Shown here: piece by piece, positions 25,905-32,000 of the stretch
Position numbering within the stretch: the stretch's first letter is position 1
Layout of the letters: the number at the start of each line of letters is the position of its first letter
NCBI RefSeq assembly: GCF_000008565.1
Contig: NC_001263.1
Coordinates: forward strand, 735,776-767,775
From: Deinococcus radiodurans R1 = ATCC 13939 = DSM 20539
GTDB taxonomy: Bacteria; Deinococcota; Deinococci; Deinococcales; Deinococcaceae
Direction: 5' to 3'
Length of the DNA: 32,000 nucleotides
The notes under the pieces: generated by a model
What the model was told of the DNA's origin: nothing
Databases searched by the model: none
What the model saw: the letters and a program-made list of their open reading frames with translations, nothing else
Made by a program: the position numbers and the translations under genes

Positions 25905-27005
25905 GTGCGGCGTTTTCCTGTCCTGTTTCCTCTGCTTTTGCTGCTGGCGCTGACGGCCTATCTGCTGCCCGCCCGGACGCCGCAGAACGTGGAGGCCCCG
26001 CCGCCCGCCGCCACGACGACGCTGCCACAGGCGCTCCCGACCGCCGAGCGCGAGCTGTTCGCCTCGCTGCGTCCGGCGGTGGTGCGGGTGGACAGCGTGA
26101 ACACGGCGACGCGCACCGGGGGCCTGGGCACCGGCTTTTTCATCAGCGGGGAGGGGCAGGTCCTGACCGCCTACCACGTCGTCAAGGCGGGGCAACTCTT
26201 CGCAGTGACGACCCTGGCGGGCAAGACCTACCCGGCGCGGGTCGCGGCTTTCGACGAGGCGGCGGACGTGGCCCTCTTGCAAGTCGCGCGCGGCGGCCCC
26301 TTTCCCTACCTTGAACTGGCGAGCGGGACACCGCAGGTGGGCGAACGGGTGCTCGCCATCGGCAACAGCGGCGGCGACTTTTTGCAGCCCCGGCGTGGCG
26401 AACTGCTGCGGTTGAACGCCGAGGCGGGCCGCAGCGATTTCCCCGAGGGCACGCTGGAAATGAACGCGCCGCTCGCGCAGGGCGACAGTGGCGGGCCGAT
26501 TTTCAATGAGCGCGGCGAGGTGCTCGGCGTGGTGAGTTACATCCGGGTGAGTGGCGACGGCGTGACGCGGGCGAGCTACGCGGTGCCGGTGCCGGGCGGC
26601 GGCGACCTCATTCGCGGCCTGCAAGCGGGGGAGAGGCGCGAGTCGCCGCTGACGGCCCTCGTCGGCCTCGCCTTCGACCAGATGCACAGCGGCCTGACCG
26701 ACCCGCCCGGCGCCGTGGTGCTGCGCGTCACCCCCGGCAGCGCCGCCGCCCGCGCGGGCCTGCGCGGCTGCGTGGCCGACCGCCAGGGCCAGCTCACCGG
26801 CCTGGGCGACGTGATTCTCAGCATCGGCGGCGTGCGGACGCCCGACAGCGGCACGGCGCTCGACCAGGTCAAGCGGCTCAAGGTGGGCGACCAGGTGGAC
26901 GTCGAATACCTGCGCGGAGAGCAGCGGGCGCACGCCACCCTCACCCTGCGCGCGCAGCCGGTGGGCAAAACACCGCTGAATGCCGAGCCCTGCACCCGTC
27001 AGTAA
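25905..27005 (+). CDS. HtrA/DegP-like trypsin-family serine protease with a C-terminal PDZ domain
   Basis: The N-terminal anchor is MRRFPVLFPLLLLLALTAYLL. The catalytic triad contexts are TAYHVV (His), DVALLQV (Asp) and GDSGGPIF (Ser). The PDZ-like region is GAVVLRVTPGSAAARAGLRG...GDVILSIGG. Confidence 0.88.
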   Translation: MRRFPVLFPLLLLLALTAYLLPARTPQNVEAPPPAATTTLPQALPTAERELFASLRPAVVRVDSVNTATRTGGLGTGFFISGEGQVLTAYHVVKAGQLFAVTTLAGKTYPARVAAFDEAADVALLQVARGGPFPYLELASGTPQVGERVLAIGNSGGDFLQPRRGELLRLNAEAGRSDFPEGTLEMNAPLAQGDSGGPIFNERGEVLGVVSYIRVSGDGVTRASYAVPVPGGGDLIRGLQAGERRESPLTALVGLAFDQMHSGLTDPPGAVVLRVTPGSAAARAGLRGCVADRQGQLTGLGDVILSIGGVRTPDSGTALDQVKRLKVGDQVDVEYLRGEQRAHATLTLRAQPVGKTPLNAEPCTRQ

Positions 27006-27084
27006 TTAATTCAGGCGGCAAAGGTAGAGAATCCCACAAGCCTTTTCCTATCCACGTTTGGCGCTGACCAGGCAAAATACAGAG

Positions 27085-27297
27085 ATGTCGAGAGCTTTTG
27101 TCAAGGAAGACGGCGGCGAACGCTGGACCCCACCCGCAAAGGCCGCCGATTACCGGGTGGTCTTTGAGACGCTGGACGGCCCCGAGACGGTGTACGAGGC
27201 CGATGACCTGCTCGGCGCCCTGCGCTGGGCGGCGGCCCGCCCCGGCGCCGGCTTCGAGGTGCGCGGACGAGACGGGCGGCTGCTGGCCGTGAGCTGA
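27085..27297 (+). CDS. small hypothetical protein (70 aa)
   Basis: This is the ATG at 27085 inside tracked ORF 27058-27297 (MSRAFVKEDGGERWTPPAKAADYRVVFETLDG...). A terminator follows it. I cannot assign a domain confidently. Confidence 0.5.
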   Translation: MSRAFVKEDGGERWTPPAKAADYRVVFETLDGPETVYEADDLLGALRWAAARPGAGFEVRGRDGRLLAVS

Positions 27298-27311
27298 GCA
27301 GAAATGAAGTA

Positions 27312-27345
27312 GGCGGGGAGCTGAACACACGGCTCCCCGCCTTTC
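27312..27345. terminator. terminator hairpin between convergent genes
   Basis: GGCGGGGAGC (27312-27321) pairs with GCTCCCCGCC (27332-27341), a 10-bp stem. TTTCTGTT follows. Confidence 0.7.
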
Positions 27346-27362
27346 TGTTCTCTGCTCTTGCC

Positions 27363-28996
<1,634 letters not shown>

Positions 28997-29003
28997 GTTC
29001 AGG

Positions 29004-29009
29004 AGTCTA
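29004..29009 (-). promoter_or_regulatory. -10 box TAGACT (minus strand), leaderless-type promoter of the rlmB-like gene
   Basis: The minus strand reads TTAGACTcctgaacATG, placing the hexamer 7 nt from the start. Confidence 0.5.
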
Positions 29010-29040
29010 AGCTGCCAGGGGGGGGAGCCGGCCGAGCCGT

Positions 29041-29046
29041 TACTCT
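29041..29046 (+). promoter_or_regulatory. -10 box TACTCT, leaderless-type promoter of the mrpE-like gene
   Basis: TACTCT lies 6 nt upstream of the GTG at 29053. The GTG at 29047 abuts the box directly and is therefore less likely to be the start. Confidence 0.4.
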
Positions 29047-29052
29047 GTGCTC

Positions 29053-29541
29053 GTGAACGGTCTTGCCCTCAACCTGATTCTGGCGCTGGTCTGGGCACTG
29101 TTTCTGGGCGAGGTCAGCCTGCGGAGCCTGAGCATCGGCTTCCTGCTGGGCTTCGCGGTCCTGACCCTCTTTCACCGGGCGCTGGGCAGCCGCGCCTATA
29201 TCCGGGCGGTGGGCGGGGCGCTGCGGCTGACGGCGTACTTCGTGGCCGAACTGGTGCGGGCGAACTTCCAGATGGCGCGGCTCGCCCTGCGGCCCCACCC
29301 GCAACTTCACCAGATGATCGTCGCCGTGCCGTTGCGGCTGCGCGGCGAGGGGGCGCTGACCCTGCTCGCCGCGCTGACGGGGCTGCTGCCAGGCACCGTC
29401 ACGCTGGGCTTCTCGCCGGACCAGGGCACCATGTATATCCACGCGGCGGGTCTGGAGCAGCGCAGCGCCGTGCGCCGCAGTGTGCAGGAAATCGAAACGC
29501 GGCTGTTGCAGATACTGGGGGAAAGGCAGGGCTCCAGCTGA
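29053..29541 (+). CDS. Na+/H+ antiporter subunit E (MnhE/MrpE-like) membrane protein
   Basis: (M)NGLALNLILALVWALFLGEVSLRSLSIGFLLGFAVL...ANFQMARLALRP...LLAALTGLLPGTVTLGFSPDQGTMYIHA matches the MnhE family pattern. No other mrp subunit lies adjacent. Confidence 0.7.
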   Translation: MNGLALNLILALVWALFLGEVSLRSLSIGFLLGFAVLTLFHRALGSRAYIRAVGGALRLTAYFVAELVRANFQMARLALRPHPQLHQMIVAVPLRLRGEGALTLLAALTGLLPGTVTLGFSPDQGTMYIHAAGLEQRSAVRRSVQEIETRLLQILGERQGSS

Positions 29542-29611
29542 AGACCCCCGCATGAGGAACGCGCGACGAGGTGCCCCGGAGCGGAGAGAAGCGGAAGAGA
29601 GTTTTCCAGCC

Positions 29612-31993
29612 CTAGCGCCCCTGCACCCACGTCACCAGGTCGCCCGCGCTTAGCGGCGGGGTCAGCGCGTAGCCCTGCGCGGCGTCGCAGCCCAGGTCAC
29701 GCAGCATGTCGAGCTGGGCGTAGGTTTCGACCCCCACCGCCGTGACCGTCAGGCCCAGGCTGTGCGCGAGGCTGACCGTGCCCTGCACCAGCTTGAGCGA
29801 TTTCTGGTCGCCCGGCAGCCGGGTGGTCAGGGTGGGGTGCAGCTTGACGCCGTAGAGCGGAAACTGGGTCAGCGCGGTCAGGCTGCTCGCGCCGTCGCCG
29901 AAGTCGTCCACGATCAGCCGGGCACCGCGCGCGCGCAGGGCGTCGAGCAGGCCCAGGGTTTCCTCGCTGTGGTCGAGCAGGCTGCTCGCACTCACCTCAA
30001 TGTCCAGCGCACTCGGGCGGGTAATCAGCGGCAGCAGGCGCTCGATGGCCCCTTCGCGCCGCAGCTCTTCCAGGCTGAGGTTGACGCTGGTGCGCCAGTT
30101 GCGTTGCCCGGTGGCGTCGCGCAGCTGCGTGCGGCCCTGCACCGCCTCGCGCACCACCCATTCGCCGATGGAGGTGATGAGGTCGCTGCGCTGCGCGAGG
30201 GGCAGAAAGCGGGCGGGCGAGACGTTGCCGAGTTCGGGGTGTGTCCAGCGCAGCAGCGCCTCGGCGCCCAGCACCCGGCCGTCTTTGAGGCTGACCGCCG
30301 GCTGGTAGAGCAGCGAGAACTGCTCGTGTTGCAGGCCGCGGTCCAGCACCGCCCGCAACTGGTCTTCGAGCTCGAAGGTCTGGGCTTCCTCGGCGCGCAT
30401 GTCCGGCTCGAACACCGTCAGTTGCCCGCGTCCCTGGCGCCGGGCGTGTTGCAGCGCCACCTCGGCGTCGGCCAGGGCTTGCTCGGGGGCCGCGGCCAGC
30501 AGCGGCGCGGCCCCCAGCGAAAAGGTCACCGGCACCAGCCGCTTGCCGGTCCGCAGCGGTTCGCGCAGCGCCGCCTGGAGCTTCTGGCCCCCCACGGCGG
30601 CCCCGAGCTGCGGCAGGTACACGGCGAAGGTGTCGTCGGCCAGCCGCGCCGCCTGCCCGCCTTCCAGCTCCGCGAGGTCGTTGAGCCGCGCCGCCACCTG
30701 AATAAGCAGCAGGTCGCCCGCCGTGCGGCTCAGCGCCGCGTTGAGGCCCCCGAAGCCGTCAATGTCGAGGCAGGCGACCATCCCGCCCGTTTGTGCTGCC
30801 GTGGCCTGACCCAGCGCCGCGCGCAGCCCGCTGCGGTTGAGCAGGCCGGTCAGCCCGTCGTGCGAGGCGTCGTGGCGCAGTTTGGCCTGGGCGCGGCGCA
30901 GGGTGGTCACGTCGCGCAGCGAGAGCAGCAGCTCGGGCGCGGCGCTCCGGCCCGGGGAAGCGGCCGAGGAACCGGTGGACTGACCGCTCCCCGGCAGGGC
31001 CGAGAGGCTGATTTCCAGATGCCGGGTCACGCCGCCGGGCAACACGGCCAGCACCTCGCCGTTGTGCGGCAGGGTCAGCGCCGAGAGGGGGGGCACCGTC
31101 AGCGGGTTGCCCTGCGGGGTGTGCAGCTTGATGCCGAGTTGCTGGTGCAGGCGCGGCAGCGGCAGCCCGGTCAGGGCGATGTTGTGGGGGTCGAAGCCCA
31201 GCAGCCGCGCCGCCGGCTCACTGATGAGCTGCACCCGGCCCTGCGGGTCGAGCAGTATGGTGGCCGCGCCGCTCAGGTGCAGCAGCCGCGCCGCGCCGTT
31301 GTCCTCGCTCACCGCGGCGGGTCGGACACCCTCGGCGAGCAGCAGCCCCGGCACGGTGTCGCTGCGGCGCACCAGCAGCGGCAGTTGCCCGCCGCGCGCC
31401 AGTGCAATCTCGCTCGGCACCGGGCTGGGCCGCCCCGCCTCTGCGCTCTGAATGAGGTCCTGAAGCAGCCGCGCGCCCGCCGGAGCCCAGCAGGGCCACT
31501 CGTGCAGGGGCCGCTGGGGGTGAGCCTGGGCTTCGGCGAGGTCTTCGGGTTCCCCCAGCAGTTGACGCATCCCCCGGCTCGCCCCCTGCACCGCGCCGCC
31601 CGGTCCCAGCAGCGCCAGCGGCAAGTCGGTGCCGAGCAGCGCGGCGAACTGGGTCGTCTGGGTGTGCTCGGTGCTCACGTCCTGCACGGTCCACAGCACG
31701 CCCGCCGCCGCGCCGCCGAAGTAAGGCCGCGCCGACCCACGCAGCCAGCGCTCCCCGCTGTGCCCCGGCAGGGACGGCACCCGCTCGTCGCCGAGTTGCA
31801 CGGCCCGCCCAGCCGCCGCGCTGTCGAGCTGCTGCGCGAGCGCCGCGTGGTCGGGAAAAACCTCGTGGACGGTGCGGCCCAGCACATCCGCCCCGGTCAG
31901 CCCGAACAGTTCCAGAAAGGTGCGGCTGACCTGTCGGAACTCCAGCTCGGCGCTCAGCCACGCCGTTGCGGCGGGAAGCTGGGTGATCAGCAT
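29612..31993 (-). CDS. PAS-containing GGDEF-EAL signalling protein with a degenerate GGDEF motif
   Basis: At least 793 aa, and the frame is still open at the window edge, so the N-terminus may be truncated. PAS-like N-terminal regions are present. The GGDEF domain has DGLTGLLNR...DIDGFGGLN...ARLADDTFAV. The EAL domain has LLYQPAV...GAEALLRW, SVNLS, DDFGDGASSL, AVGVET and QGY. Confidence 0.85.
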   Translation of the reverse strand: MLITQLPAATAWLSAELEFRQVSRTFLELFGLTGADVLGRTVHEVFPDHAALAQQLDSAAAGRAVQLGDERVPSLPGHSGERWLRGSARPYFGGAAAGVLWTVQDVSTEHTQTTQFAALLGTDLPLALLGPGGAVQGASRGMRQLLGEPEDLAEAQAHPQRPLHEWPCWAPAGARLLQDLIQSAEAGRPSPVPSEIALARGGQLPLLVRRSDTVPGLLLAEGVRPAAVSEDNGAARLLHLSGAATILLDPQGRVQLISEPAARLLGFDPHNIALTGLPLPRLHQQLGIKLHTPQGNPLTVPPLSALTLPHNGEVLAVLPGGVTRHLEISLSALPGSGQSTGSSAASPGRSAAPELLLSLRDVTTLRRAQAKLRHDASHDGLTGLLNRSGLRAALGQATAAQTGGMVACLDIDGFGGLNAALSRTAGDLLLIQVAARLNDLAELEGGQAARLADDTFAVYLPQLGAAVGGQKLQAALREPLRTGKRLVPVTFSLGAAPLLAAAPEQALADAEVALQHARRQGRGQLTVFEPDMRAEEAQTFELEDQLRAVLDRGLQHEQFSLLYQPAVSLKDGRVLGAEALLRWTHPELGNVSPARFLPLAQRSDLITSIGEWVVREAVQGRTQLRDATGQRNWRTSVNLSLEELRREGAIERLLPLITRPSALDIEVSASSLLDHSEETLGLLDALRARGARLIVDDFGDGASSLTALTQFPLYGVKLHPTLTTRLPGDQKSLKLVQGTVSLAHSLGLTVTAVGVETYAQLDMLRDLGCDAAQGYALTPPLSAGDLVTWVQGR

Positions 31994-32000
31994 GTCGGCC

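Overview
The window is high-GC (roughly two-thirds G+C by eye) bacterial chromosome and is almost fully coding. Gene content, many leaderless-type promoters and a palindromic intergenic repeat point to a Deinococcus-like genome; this is inference, since no search was possible. I support about 30 genes. Housekeeping: panD, hisF, hisIE, argR, an rlmB-like methyltransferase, an aldose 1-epimerase, a PfkB sugar kinase, a HAD hydrolase, an SDR and a GH13 alpha-glycosidase. Signalling: an HD-GYP protein, a PAS-GGDEF-EAL protein, a CheY-like receiver and a divergent OmpR-type RR / HAMP histidine kinase pair followed by an HtrA-like protease. One TetR-headed RND efflux locus runs TetR, OMF, OMF-like, adaptor, repeat, RND pump. 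Also present: a TPR + wHTH + BTAD (SARP-like) regulator divergent from a secreted propeller-like protein, an orphan mrpE-like gene and several small hypothetical genes. I found no tRNA, rRNA, CRISPR array, transposase or integrase. The most unusual observations: (1) five reading-frame breaks, three in the barrel-bearing OMF, one in the adaptor and one in an SRPBCC gene, which are either real decay or indel errors; (2) a ~145-bp palindromic repeat between adaptor and pump, with a related half-copy just downstream of the pump; (3) a 3 x 18-bp tandem repeat that reiterates a stop-codon region; (4) TANNNT hexamers 5-9 nt upstream of about 18 start codons, plus one orphan copy heading a ~280-nt structured leader or an unannotated small ORF; (5) a degenerate GGDEF (ADDTF) with an atypical EAL. 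I see no compelling evidence for a wholly new multi-gene system. The best candidates for follow-up are the atypical efflux locus and the SARP-like regulator / secreted propeller pair. All functions are assigned by motif recognition from the translations, not by database search.
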